Source: Chiloscyllium plagiosum (lineage: Eukaryota). Taken from it: 32,940 nucleotides of DNA. The stretch spans positions 1-32,940 of the forward strand of contig NW_025213419.1 in the NCBI RefSeq assembly GCF_004010195.1. Reading direction: 5' to 3'. Of the stretch, positions 12,601-23,777 are shown one piece after another; positions within the stretch are counted from its first letter, which is position 1; every line of letters starts with the position of its first letter. The position numbers were made by a program, and so were the translations under genes. Under the pieces are notes generated by a model, which saw nothing but the letters and a program-made list of their open reading frames with translations, did not search any database and was not told the origin of the DNA.

Positions 12601-13142
12601 TATACTGGCAACCAACCTCGTACACTTTGGCCCATTTCTCCTCTGCACTAGCCTGTGGTGGTCTCCATTTCCATCTCAGGTTTCAATCTTGCAGATAATA
12701 ACCCTCCAGAATATTCTCTGCCTCATTTTTGGAGTACTCATCCACAGATGTAACTTTTATCGTCTTGTCTTAGTGTTGCAAAACGCTTATCCTTTCAGGA
12801 CTACACACTTGTGTTTGACCCGCTGCCTATTGAAGCTCTTCTAGCATCATGATGTCAAACAGGGTATCCGCTAATTGCCCCTCAACTCCGTCATCTTGTT
12901 CTTTACTTTTTGCTCGTACTTATGATATTGTTCTGGTCACCACGCAATCTGTGCAAATGTTTCTGGTTTAACACATCAGTTTCTTGGTATTCCGTGGGCT
13001 GATCCACAGCAAGGGGTTTTACTGCCACTTTGGATTTTGCCAAATCATTCCCATGGACAAACTTAATTCCTGGAATTGATAGATTAGAGTGGTGCTGGAA
13101 AAGCAAACCAGGTCAGGAAGCTTCCGAGAAGCAGGAAAATCG

Positions 13143-13169
13143 GCGTTTCGGGCAAAATCCCATCATCAG
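13143..13169 (-). ncRNA. Degenerate hammerhead motif (opposite arm)
   Basis: Reverse complement CUGAUGA-U-GGGA-UUUU-GCCC-GAAACGCC. The cleavage triplet GUC is mutated to GCC. Confidence 0.6.
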
Positions 13170-13215
13170 GAACAGAGGCAGGGTGCCTGCAGAGTGGAGA
13201 GATTTACCTGCCTCT

Positions 13216-13251
13216 ATTCCTGATGAAGGGCTTTTGCCCGAAACGTCGGTT
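13216..13251 (+). ncRNA. Minimal type-I hammerhead ribozyme motif with intact core
   Basis: CUGAUGA (13220-13226), extra A, stem II GGGC-UUUU-GCCC, GAAA, CGUC with predicted cleavage after C13247. The palindromic ACGU stem III is typical of Penelope-associated hammerheads. Stem I is weak in this copy. Confidence 0.8.
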
Positions 13252-13451
13252 TTCCTGCTTCTTGGAAGGTGCCTGACCTTTTATCTTCCAGCACCACTCG
13301 AACTTAGACTTTGGTTTCCAGTATCTGTAGTCCTTGATTTTATCTCCTGGAATTGATAGCCTCTCAATTACTGCCACTGTAACTTGCCCAATCTTAATCT
13401 GGCACTGAAACATGGTCTTCTATTGGAAACGATTAATTTATGTTTTTTTTT

Positions 13452-14419
13452 NNNNNNNNNNNNNNNNNNNNNNNNNNNNNNNNNNNNNNNNNNNNNNNNN
13501 NNNNNNNNNNNNNNNNNNNNNNNNNNNNNNNNNNNNNNNNNNNNNNNNNNNNNNNNNNNNNNNNNNNNNNNNNNNNNNNNNNNNNNNNNNNNNNNNNNNN
13601 NNNNNNNNNNNNNNNNNNNNNNNNNNNNNNNNNNNNNNNNNNNNNNNNNNNNNNNNNNNNNNNNNNNNNNNNNNNNNNNNNNNNNNNNNNNNNNNNNNNN
13701 NNNNNNNNNNNNNNNNNNNNNNNNNNNNNNNNNNNNNNNNNNNNNNNNNNNNNNNNNNNNNNNNNNNNNNNNNNNNNNNNNNNNNNNNNNNNNNNNNNNN
13801 NNNNNNNNNNNNNNNNNNNNNNNNNNNNNNNNNNNNNNNNNNNNNNNNNNNNNNNNNNNNNNNNNNNNNNNNNNNNNNNNNNNNNNNNNNNNNNNNNNNN
13901 NNNNNNNNNNNNNNNNNNNNNNNNNNNNNNNNNNNNNNNNNNNNNNNNNNNNNNNNNNNNNNNNNNNNNNNNNNNNNNNNNNNNNNNNNNNNNNNNNNNN
14001 NNNNNNNNNNNNNNNNNNNNNNNNNNNNNNNNNNNNNNNNNNNNNNNNNNNNNNNNNNNNNNNNNNNNNNNNNNNNNNNNNNNNNNNNNNNNNNNNNNNN
14101 NNNNNNNNNNNNNNNNNNNNNNNNNNNNNNNNNNNNNNNNNNNNNNNNNNNNNNNNNNNNNNNNNNNNNNNNNNNNNNNNNNNNNNNNNNNNNNNNNNNN
14201 NNNNNNNNNNNNNNNNNNNNNNNNNNNNNNNNNNNNNNNNNNNNNNNNNNNNNNNNNNNNNNNNNNNNNNNNNNNNNNNNNNNNNNNNNNNNNNNNNNNN
14301 NNNNNNNNNNNNNNNNNNNNNNNNNNNNNNNNNNNNNNNNNNNNNNNNNNNNNNNNNNNNNNNNNNNNNNNNNNNNNNNNNNNNNNNNNNNNNNNNNNNN
14401 NNNNNNNNNNNNNNNNNNN
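13452..14419. other. Assembly gap (N run) inside the Gypsy gag region
   Basis: Run of N. Confidence 1.
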
Positions 14420-14806
14420 TTTTTTGTTTCTCTGACACACGTCGAAGTTCGAGTAATGCCCTTTCAATTACAGCTTTCCCTTTGTCCTTCGTTAAACCCA
14501 AACCTAACCTCGTTGCTCATTCTAAAACTATGGTATATTTATTTCCTTCTAAAATTTCTTGGCACGTTTGAGAATCACGTTCAAATTCCACATTCTCTTT
14601 CACAATTTTAATTACCACTTCTCTCAGTTGTAATTTAATCAGCCAAAATTCAAGAAAATTAATCAAAGAGATTACCGACGTTTTATTTAAAGATGTCGGG
14701 CACTAACCTGTAAATGTTAAAACCTACTGGGATATTTTTAATATCCACATCTATTAAAATCTCTCTAACAAGTTCAAATAACAAATCCAACACCCAAACC
14801 TTTAAA

Positions 14807-14824
14807 TTCTCGGACGATCCCTCA
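14807..14824 (-). promoter_or_regulatory. Primer-binding-site remnant, tRNA-Pro type
   Basis: Minus strand TGAGGGATCGTCCGAGAA matches the tRNA-Pro PBS TGGGGGCTCGTCCGGGAT at 14/18 and lies just upstream of gag. Confidence 0.6.
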
Positions 14825-15079
14825 AAACACCGCATTGCGTCATTGGTTTTTAATATCGTCAATATACTTTGTTCAAACTTGAGTTGAGTTTGGATTTTCT
14901 TTGTTATTTAAACTGATTGGCGTAATTTGAGTTTGCTTTTTGCTCTCCAGGCAGCCAGCTACTCTAGCTGCTGGAACAAAAATGTTATAGTCTATCTTGT
15001 TTAGAACACTTGGTGCTGTCAGGTAGTTTGTTTTCTTTTAACTTTTCTGAAGGTACAGAACACTTCTCTACCTTCATAC

Positions 15080-15995
15080 CGTGAGAAACGTAGGTTATCC
15101 AGGTATATATTGGGATACTGCTCGTGCAAGGTCATGAGGGGTGGGTGTATCTGGATTATATAGAGGAGAGCTTACTGTTGGAATGTGTGTTCAGCGCAAG
15201 ACAGCATGTACTGTTGCACCTGGGGCTTAGGAAAGAGATTGAGCAAGTGGATCCAGTATCAGTAAGGAATCGTTTTGGGACACAGGAACCATTCTTTTAG
15301 AATTTCAGGATAATGATGGAGAATGATTTGCAATAATTCCGAGTGAGAATGGCATGCAAAAATTGAGAGTCAGAAAAGTTCGTTGACTGTGTGTGGCCTC
15401 CAATGTGGTAAGAATGAAGCTGGGAAAGTTTCACTGGAACACTCCGTTGGTTAGAAAAGAAAAAAAAAAGAACCATAGGCTCCTTTTAGTGAGGAGGCGG
15501 CTTGGGTACAATCGAGGAATGGCCCCTCAAATGGGAAGAGCAGGATAAATAAACCTAACCCTTCCTCGATGATGGAGAACAATCGAATCGATGGCAGGTA
15601 GAGAATCCAATTGCAAAGCAAGAATAATGCTGAAGGATCGGTTAGACATCGTAGAGCTGGCCGGGATTATACGAAAACCGAAAGCCCACGCACAGCTGTC
15701 CATGAATACACTGTGCACACCTCACAGAGAGCGTGTTAAAAGATTGAGTAATGCTGGTTCGAAACCAGAAGAGGGAGTTCCACCTGGAAAATTTATATCT
15801 GCGAGTACTCAGAATGCACTTGGATGTGCTGTAGATGTATGTTAATGGAAATATTCAAGTGGAGATTGGATGATTATTGATACAAAAAACTAACGTGTAA
15901 GAATACGTGGGAGGAGGAGGTTATTCCACAGCAATGTGTTCAGTTGAAGGGCTGGTGTAACCATGATTGGCCAAATGTCATGCTTCTGTCATAAG
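15080..15995 (+). mobile_element. Highly decayed CR1-like LINE 3' portion
   Basis: The 3' end (atattcaagtggagattggatgattattg...gctggtgtaaccatgattggccaaatgtcatgcttctgt) resembles the CR1 terminus at 6990-7130. The upstream boundary is uncertain. Confidence 0.45.
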
Positions 15996-16099
15996 ATGTC
16001 TGCGTCGTTCAGCCTGATATCTTGAGACTCCTCCAAATCGAATAATATCTTGCCTCTTCAACGAGTTTGATCCTGTACGATATATTATGAACTCTGTAC

Positions 16100-16392
16100 G
16101 GCTGCATGGTGGCTTTTTGGTTAGTACGGCTGCCTCACAGTGCCAGGAAGCTGGGTTCAATTCGAGCCCCGGGAGACGATCTGTGAGGAGTTTGCACATT
16201 TTCCTTGTGTCTGCTTGGGTATCTCCGTCTCTTCAGTTTTGATAAATGGGCCATGCAGATTTGTTCAGCGCGTTTAGGGATGTGCGGATTTGGGAAATGC
16301 AGAGTATTAGGGTGGAGAGATGGGTCTGGCTGGGTGTGGACATCCCTTGGGCCAAATGGCCTGTTTCTAACCTGCTGAGATTCTATGATTCT
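16100..16392 (+). mobile_element. HE1-like tRNA-derived SINE with CR1-type tail
   Basis: A/B-box head (ggtggctttttggttag...gggttcaattc), body gagtttgcacatt, 3' gggccaaatggcctgtttc, and tail attctatgattct. Confidence 0.88.
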
Positions 16393-16394
16393 CT

Positions 16395-16940
16395 GCAATC
16401 ACCATCAGCCCATGCTGACCTCCTTATCTCAGTAACTCATGCAAGCCGTATAAACTTCCTTTCTCTGGAATCACCTCCAGATTTTGCAATTCTCCCTCTT
16501 TATGTAACATTTCTGAAGTGCTCACAACTCTCCATCCCTCTGTAACTGCTCGATCCATTGAAACTTCTCAATCTTTGCAATCTACTCTAGACCACGTCAT
16601 CGCCAACATCACTTACTCCCTCGTGGCCTGTCAAATGTCCTTAACTTCACAGCCTTCTCCAGTCACTATAATCCTCATCGCATATGGAAATTTCTCCAAC
16701 ACCTACAACTTTGCCATTCTCTTTTCTTTGCTCCAGTCTCGACAATTTTTCTTGCTGTGTAACCTAATCCAATGCCTAACCAGCCTTGCAATATCCTTTT
16801 CACTCTGATACAGCTCCCAAGTCTGTAACCACCTTCTACCGCTACACAGCTCATTATCTCTGCAATATTCAGATTGTAAATACATCCCCATCTTTTGAAA
16901 CACCATCAGCCTTCCAGATCCCTGTAACATCTGCCAGATG
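16395..16940. repeat. Further decayed block of the ~37-bp minisatellite (also ~17360-17650)
   Basis: Recurrent tgtaacatt/ctgtaac/ttctccaacacctacaac cores on the same strand. Confidence 0.7.
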
Positions 16941-17089
16941 CTAAAAGTGAAATAACTACACAGAGGTCACCAAATCACCTCTGACGCTCCAGTTTACTTC
17001 TCTCAGCCAGAAAAACTTCATGAATATAATTTCCCTGATTCGGACTGTTCATATAATGAATAATGTTTTCCTATTGCCCTCATTCTCTC

Positions 17090-17355
17090 GAATAATAGAA
17101 CACATCCAATGTATGCCCTTTGGCCCAACAAGTGCTCACTAATACTTGGCCTTGACTAATACCCGTAATCTGAACATACTTAAACAATGGGCAACTTAGT
17201 ATGGCCAATTGATCTGCACGTGCTTTTGAATTGTGGGTGGAATCCACCGAGGAGAATGTGCAAACTCTACACAGACAATCGTCTGGAGCTGGAACTGAAA
17301 TTGGGTTCCTGGTAATATGAGACACCAGTGACAACCGCTGAGCTACCATGCCACC
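17090..17355 (-). mobile_element. HE1-like SINE, decayed
   Basis: Reverse-complement head (ccgctgagctaccatgccacc), gagaatgtgcaaactctacacagac body, and ggcccaacaag tail region. Confidence 0.85.
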
Positions 17356-17734
17356 GTAACTCCAGTCACGACAAAATTACTCCACGTATCTGTAGTGTTT
17401 ATAAACATCTACATATCTCCCAGTCTCTCAGACCATCTCCAGCTGCCAGAACCCTCTTTCTGTAAGATTCTCCGAAAGAAGTCCCATACATTTCAGTATA
17501 ACCTCCTCTTATCAACAACCTATAGCACCAATATAATCTTTTCTTCTGTTTTCTTAAAACTCTCTATCTTAATTTCTTTCAAGCAGAAAGCTTCTTCCCC
17601 ATCTCTAACCGCTTCTAAAAACTCAAACCAACTACTGTGGCCTTGTACATATCCGGGAGCATGGTGAACTTAACAAAGTAGAAAGGCTGTAGAAATGAAT
17701 GGGTTTATAGCGGAGTGAATGGTTGGCACAGAGG

Positions 17735-18053
17735 AATTACAATCCCTACATTGTGGAAACAGGCCATTTGTCCCAACAAGTCCGAAGATTATCCAACCCA
17801 GAGCTCTACATTTACCCAGACTAGTGCGTCCAACCGATCTATCCCGGAACACTAAGGACAATTTATCATGTCCAATTCTCCATTATTAGTACATCGTTGG
17901 ATTATCAGACGAAACTGGAGCTCCCGAAGGAAACCTGCACAGATAAAGGAAGAAAGCGTAAAGTCCACATAGGCAGTCGCGCGAGTTTGGATACGCACGT
18001 GTGTCACTGATGCTGTGAGACAGCAGTACTTACCACTGAGCCATCGTGCCACG
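17735..18053 (-). mobile_element. HE1-like SINE
   Basis: aatccctacattgtggaaacaggccatttgtcccaacaagtcc (3' end) through cagcagtacttaccactgagccatcgtgcc (head). Confidence 0.88.
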
Positions 18054-18069
18054 CCAGACACAGTAAAAA

Positions 18070-19050
18070 CTTGATTTGCAGACGTTTTGTCCTCGTCCAG
18101 TGCTCTTCACTGACATCTTAAGTGTTTTGCATCCGCATGTGAATTTCTCCGTTCTGTCTCAGTTGGATTTCACTTGATTCCTTTCTTTTTTGCTTCTGGT
18201 TGGCTGTTCTGGTTGTTCAATGCAGTGCGGGTTTGTTGGTGGAGTCCGTGGATTAGTTCCATGTTTCCAGGAATTATCTCGCTCTCCTTTGTTTAGATTG
18301 TCCTATGAAGGTTATTTTGCCCCAGTCGAATTTGTGGTCCTGTCATCAGTGTGCAAAGTACTGAAGATGTCACTTACCAGGGAGAGACAGTCGTGACGTT
18401 TAGTGGCTAGTTGGTGTTCGTGGATGTGGAGTGCTAGTTGTCTACCTGTTTGCCACGCTATCTTACATTAAAAAATCTCGGAACTGATAGCCAGACTTCT
18501 CCGATCACCTGGATTCATGACAGCCAATAAACTTACAGCCACGCTCAGACAACAACTCATCAGAACAAAATGCCTATTCTCACCATTTGCAAGACAAACT
18601 TCATTTATATTATTCCAAAAAATAGACTGCCTGGAATACTACATAGGACAAACAGGCAGACAGTTATCAATCCACATGCCTTGTGCACCAACTAGTTTCG
18701 ACACGCCATGAACAGCTGACCAAATAAATATACGCACAGATGACTTCGACCTGGACAACACATCACTCATAGCACACGCTAAACAGTGGACTGCCAGAGA
18801 ACTCCTCGGATCAGGGCACTCAGCTACGGATTCCATCAACAAGCACATTGACCTGGACCAACAAAATCAGCCACTACACAAGTAATTGGTACCGGCAAGT
18901 GGAAGCAGCAGAAATGGAGCCAAATAAATTCTAGAATGCACAGCACAGAGGCACTTCAGAAGAGGCTGCAAAGTACTGAAGATGTCATTTAGACAAGGGC
19001 CAAAGCGTCAGGAAATCAACTTGCGAGGTCGGCAACAGACCCACAACCAC
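18070..19050. mobile_element. Penelope-like element remnant with inverted arms (minus ~18070-18455, plus ~18470-19050) and GIY-YIG fragments
   Basis: The plus arm encodes ...ANKLTATLRQQLIRTK...DCLEYYIGQTGRQLSIH.... The minus arm carries the same GIY-YIG region in reverse. Degenerate hammerhead motifs lie at both outer ends (~18076-18122 minus, 18976-19009 plus). Confidence 0.85.
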
Positions 19051-19052
19051 AT

Positions 19053-19142
19053 CATTCGCGATGAAGGGCTTTTGCACCAAACATACATTCTCCTGCACCT
19101 CGAATAATCCCTGACCTGGAGTGCTTCTCCAGCACCACTCTC
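19053..19142 (+). mobile_element. Single arm of the 13083-type hammerhead element, decayed
   Basis: attcgcgatgaagggcttttgcaccaaacatacattctcctgcacctcg...cctgacctggagtgcttctccagcaccactct aligns to 13216-13300. Confidence 0.75.
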
Positions 19143-20494
19143 TCGATAATCACCACCATGACAACTGGCAAAGGAACAACAAATCTTTACGCAAACCGTG
19201 AAAATGTCAAAGAATTGAGGATTTGCCTGTTGGTTTGTACATTCCAAAAATAAAAATCGTAATGAGACGCAAATGCAGAGGCCCATTTCCGAGCGACATC
19301 TACCTGTTTTGACTATTCTGTTCAGGTTGGAGGAAGAGTCTATCATCTTTCTGATCGGATTTTGGAGCTTGGTTCCAGGATAGATTAGATCCGCTGACCA
19401 TGTTCAGGAGAAAGTGGGGTCTTGGGATCTTCCTCATCTCATTATGGGAATGTTTCACAGAATAAATGTGGATAGCTATAAATGATTAATGCAGTGGGTT
19501 TTTTTTCAGATCGCAGTGTATTTATCTATTCTGTGTCTCTGTCTCCACGTGACTCTTGCCGAAAACACTTGCAAAAGAAATGATTCTATGCACAACTCCC
19601 AGGTATCAATTCTTGATCAATGGTCCGCTCAACAGGGGCTCAGATCAGAACAAACTGCCACTTTCTGAGGTAATATTACTGGGAAAAAGAAATTTGTATC
19701 AGCTAGTATGAAATCGATCTGCATCATTGAACAGAATTTCTGTCTCAGTGTGGGCGCCACTTACAGGCCTCACGTGCCAGACTGGCCTGTCATCGTCCCG
19801 ATTTTATTTTTGCTGCAGACAGACACAGTGAGCTCAGTAATAACATATTTTTGTCAGGTAGTATGTTTGCCAGATTTCGTCAAGAGTTTACCTTGTACAT
19901 GCTCTTACAGACGAAATATTGAACTGGTTGTTCCATCTTCGTTTTCACTTCACCCAAAACCTAAAGCTGTTCTTGTCTTTGGAATCTTCTTCAGTCTCTA
20001 GCACAATCCATAACTCTGTAATATCCTCCAGCCTTTTTATAACTTTTCAATCTATGTAATTTCCTCTGGACCATGGAACCATTCTGGTCTTTGAAACCTG
20101 CTGTATTTCGAGAAGGCAAATGAAATAATAGTTTTAAATGTTCTGAACTATGTCAGATGCATCTGTCAGAATGAAATGTAGCTACAGTGTGACCAAGACT
20201 GAGAATTGGTTGTACAATTGTTTTCACTATTTATACAGAAAGGATAAAAATGCCAACAAGTGAAGTGGTATTGTGTATTAAAGGATGAGATCAGTATTAT
20301 TGTGATGATAATCATATTACATACTGTACCACTCTGCCCATTCCCATCATCCCTGCATATTAATCCTAACATATATTGGTAACGTATGAAACTTTCAGAA
20401 AGTAGCACAACACAGAGGCGATCGTTCTGAATATTGTCTATGTTGTACAAAATACAATGCTTCGTTGAAGTCATTTTTCTGACTCACCAGCCAC

Positions 20495-21000
20495 CATAGG
20501 CTTTTACGTGCAGATCTCGGCATCTTTTGAAAATGGTGTAAGAGTTTCTGCCGCTACTTCATTTCCATGTGTGACTTCTAGATTCCATCCATACTCTGGC
20601 TTAAACAACAACTTTAATCAACATTTCTCTAATATTTCAACGAACTACGTTAAATATTCGCTGCTGGTCACTGAGCTCTCCAACAGGAACAAGATACTCC
20701 CACCCTCTCTACCCAGCCCCCGATTATATATGCAAACCAATCAAATCTCCTCTCAGCATCCTCTGATCCAATTTTNNNNNNNNNNNNNNNNNNNNNNNNN
20801 NNNNNNNNNNNNNNNNNNNNNNNNNNNNNNNNNNNNNNNNNNNNNNNNNNNNNNNNNNNNNNNNNNNNNNNNNNNNNNNNNNNNNNNNNNNNNNNNNNNN
20901 NNNNNNNNNNNNNNACTGACTATGGTCTCATTTATTGTACATTCCTCTCTATTGTTGATGTCCCCAAAGGCCTTGACTTGCATCTTTGTGGGTTACTAGC
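20495..21000 (-). mobile_element. Decayed CR1 3' region spanning an assembly gap
   Basis: 20520-20615 is the reverse complement of the FFTQRVVxxWNxLPxxVVEA...FK region. KAFGDINNREECTINE at 20983-20915 resembles the upstream CR1 C-terminal motif. Confidence 0.5.
20776..20914. other. Assembly gap
   Basis: Run of N. Confidence 1.
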
Positions 21001-21732
21001 TCCACTCACCTGCAGCCCCCATTTGGTATTTTTTAAAGTCTCGTTTTTAATTTCGAGTCAAATTCAAGTAAGACACATCAGTTTATAAGATACTGCCTCA
21101 AACCGACACAGTCAGGTTAATTGCACACGATCGTTCTTCAACAAATCCAGGCCGACCTTCCTGCAGTCGTTGGGACTTTCTCAGTGACCGTTTATCCTCT
21201 GTCAGAATATTCTTGGTTTCGACATATTTAGTCATTCCGTTGCTCCAAAATAACTAAATTTGCGGTGTTAGCCGTTCTCCCGTTATTTGGTACCATCCCT
21301 GTATCCAGTGAGAACTGGATAATGGTGGTCAGTGTAAGACAGGGGATTTTTCCAGGATTCTTTCAACAACCTAGGACATTGTGTTAGCCCATTATAAAGG
21401 TGTGATATAATTCCGCACTTCGTAATTTATAACTCTCCAAAACTTCACACTACAATGTGTGGAACACCTCTCTGTTTTGTGTCAGATCGACAGAGGCCTG
21501 ATTTATCTTGTGAGTTAGTCAAGTGTTATTTCTGTTGGGTTTTAGGGAGGGTGTCTGTCTACAAGATTAAGAGCATATTCTCATGAGATCATCCCAATCT
21601 GTCTCATTAACTACTTTCTCTACCCTCTTGGTCTTCCTCTCACTTGACATTAACCATATGATTTTCGCCTTCGGCAAAAAAGTGCCCACTGCCTGAATTA
21701 CCGTGAATGGACGAGTCCCCCTTTTACAGGTG

Positions 21733-21921
21733 AAATTGAGGACTGCAGATGCTAGAGATCAGAGTATAGACTAGAGTGGTGCTGGAAAAGCGTTGCAATT
21801 CAAGCCATCTCCGAGGAGCAGCAGCCCTTCCTGACAAAGGCCTTTTGCCAGAAACATTGATTTTCCTGCTCCTCGGTGCTGCGATACCTGCTGTGCTTTT
21901 CCAGCAACACTCTAATCTAGT
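21733..21921. mobile_element. ~190-bp fold-back hammerhead-type element (same family as 13083)
   Basis: Arms tagactagagtggtgctggaaaagc and gcttttccagcaacactctaatcta. Degenerate core ttcctgacaaaggccttttgccagaaacatt. 14-bp direct repeat CCCT(T/G)TTACAGGTG at 21719-21732 and 21922-21935. Confidence 0.85.
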
Positions 21922-22864
21922 CCCTGTTACAGGTGCCAACTTTTAAAAAGTCATTACACTTTTGTATTCTTAATCCGAAATGGCCCTAGGCACGGCAGGT
22001 GGGGTAAAACCTGAGCCCAACTTTGTAAACAAGTCTCCGATGTTCTGGTGAATGGCGTGGTGCAGGAGATGTACATTATCTTGCTCCGAACTTGACAGGT
22101 GAGACCACGGCACCAGACCTTGTCAGCTTGCTATGACGTTTACCACTGGTTCAGTGAGGTGCCAGCCTTCTCGGTAAATGCTCAGCTGTGACTGCCTCAA
22201 CTCTACCAGGTTAAATGACACCATCTGCACTTTGTGTCCTCGCACTCACTGTTAGTGCATCCATCTCCCCACCAAGGCTCATGTTTTCCCTCTCCCACTA
22301 TGAATGCAGCACTTTCTCTCATTCTCTCTCTAACCTCTCTTCTACCCGTCTCCACAACTTATCATCGTGCCTGTGCTGCCGACTCAACCATTCAGGACAC
22401 CTCGCCACCTTTCCATCAGCTCCACCCGCACCAAAAGCTGTGCTACCCACTGCCATCGCCTGTGTTACCTCTTGTTACTCCTGTCATTCCAGAAGCCTTA
22501 ATCCACAATAGGGCAGAAAGAACCAAGAGAGATATAGGTCGTCCCAACATTTCGCCCTTCACCCCTAACAGGGGAAGGAACCTAACCATAACAATCACAA
22601 GAGGCTGGCTGACCTGTCCAAGCTCTCGGGCTGTTATCTGAAACTCCCATTGACTCCCTGTGCTGGACAACTTTACTGCTTTTGGGGCAAATATATCAAA
22701 CTTCCTGGTTTTGTGGCTATGCTAAGCAACAAGCAAGTACAGCAGCGTGTGAACCTGGAAGCTCTGGTTAGGGGGCAAAACGACTAAAGGCAATGTTTGT
22801 GAGAAGATTTGTCGCTCGCGTGCTCGTTGTTGTGGTTCTGTTTGCCGAGCTGGGAATTTGTGTT

Positions 22865-22904
22865 GCAGACGTTTCGTTCCCTATCTAGGTGACATCCTCA
22901 GAGC
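22865..22904 (-). ncRNA. Hammerhead ribozyme motif, second family, intact core
   Basis: Reverse complement CUGAGGA-U-GUCACCU-AGAU-AGGGAAC-GAAACGUC-UGC. Stem II has two mismatches and stem I has one. Confidence 0.7.
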
Positions 22905-23738
22905 TTGGGAGCCTCCTGTGAAGCGTTTCCTCCGGCGTTTATATTAGTTTGTCTTGAATTGTTGTCTGAGACTGGCTGTTGGTTTTTGTGCTGTTATGAG
23001 TCCTAGTGGTCGTAGTAGTCTGAAATATTCTTGATGTATAGTAACTTGGCTAGTCCTCTGGGTTGTGGCATGTCCTCATTCCGTTGTCTTTCCCTTAGGC
23101 ATCAGTTGATGAAATTGAGGGGGTATCCGTTTTTGGCGAATACATTGTAGAGGTGTTCTTCTTCCTCTTTTTGCAGTTCTGGTGTGCTGCAGTGTGTTGT
23201 GGCCATTTTGAAAATTGTCTTGATGCAACTTCTTTTGTGTGTGTTGGGTGGTTGCTGAATTACGAAAGCAAACAAACCAACATGCCACATTCAGACAACA
23301 ATTCACCAGGACAAAGGACCCGATACCCACCATAAGCAAAACCAAAGTCGTGTACAAAATCTCATGCAAGGACTGCACAAAAAACTACATAGGACAAACA
23401 GGAAGACAGCTAACGATCGGTATCCATGAACACCAACTAGCCACGAAACGACACGACCAGCTACTAAGGATCCTTAGTAGTGGCACACGCAGATGACAAG
23501 CAACATGAGTTCGACTGGGACAACCCTACTATTATAGGACAGGCCAAACAGAGAACAGCCAGGGAATTTCCATAGGTATGGCACTCATCCACAGATTCTA
23601 TCTACAAACACATCGACCTGGACTCAATATACCGGCCACTGCAGTGCACAGCTGGAATTGACGACCGGAAGCGGCAGAGACAAATCATTATAAATGTCGG
23701 TAGAAGCATCACAGAAGCACTTCACAGGAGGCTACCAA

Positions 23739-23777
23739 GCACGAGGATGTCACGTTTACAGGTGACGAAACGTCTGC
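23739..23777 (+). ncRNA. Hammerhead ribozyme motif, second family, core U deleted
   Basis: GCA-C(-)GAGGA-U-GUCAC-GUUUACAG-GUGAC-GAAACGUC-UGC has a perfect 5-bp stem II and a GCA/UGC stem I. Confidence 0.65.

Larger units (their letters stand above)
13083..13344. mobile_element. 262-bp non-coding fold-back element with two opposed hammerhead motifs (Penelope pseudo-LTR-like)
   Basis: Flanked by a perfect 15-bp direct repeat TCCTGGAATTGATAG (13068-13082 and 13345-13359). Inverted arms at ~13083-13181 and ~13205-13305. Removing the insert and one TSD copy rejoins the Gypsy frame LSIPG-IKFVHGNDL. Confidence 0.9.
11450..14824 (-). mobile_element. Ty3/Gypsy LTR-retrotransposon internal remnant (gag - protease region - integrase; Gmr1-like order), truncated before RT
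   Basis: On the minus strand: PBS-like site at 14807-14824, gag-like start (LGLTKDKGKAVI), gap, then VTVAVIERLSIPG|IKFVHGNDLA, integrase zinc finger GGHIGVGKTQAKVRKHFYWPRKHKDVVSFC*TRHACQ, and core DWNKDIPCVLFAVRDASIESTQFTPFEVIFEHEVR. Confidence 0.88.

Noticed and set aside
13083..13344. DNA-transposon MITE or pre-miRNA
   Set aside because: Asymmetric arms, 14-15 bp TSDs, variable centres and hammerhead cores fit Penelope-type retro-insertion better.
13368..14611. Long ORFs of 330-399 aa (also 20508-20999, 28053-28700, 30299-31213)
   Set aside because: Their length comes from translating N gaps.
14828..15070. 5' LTR of the Gypsy element
   Set aside because: The position next to the PBS is right, but I found no TG...CA termini or second LTR, so it is not called.
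19890..20370. Small minus-strand exon candidates (VLGEVKTKMEQPVQYFVCKSMYK; LICRDDGNGQSGT)
   Set aside because: The acceptors lack polypyrimidine tracts and the peptides are unrecognised.
21010..21715. Second LTR element (agccccca PBS-like 8-mer at ~21015)
   Set aside because: The match is too short, and there are no recognisable coding motifs or LTR boundaries.
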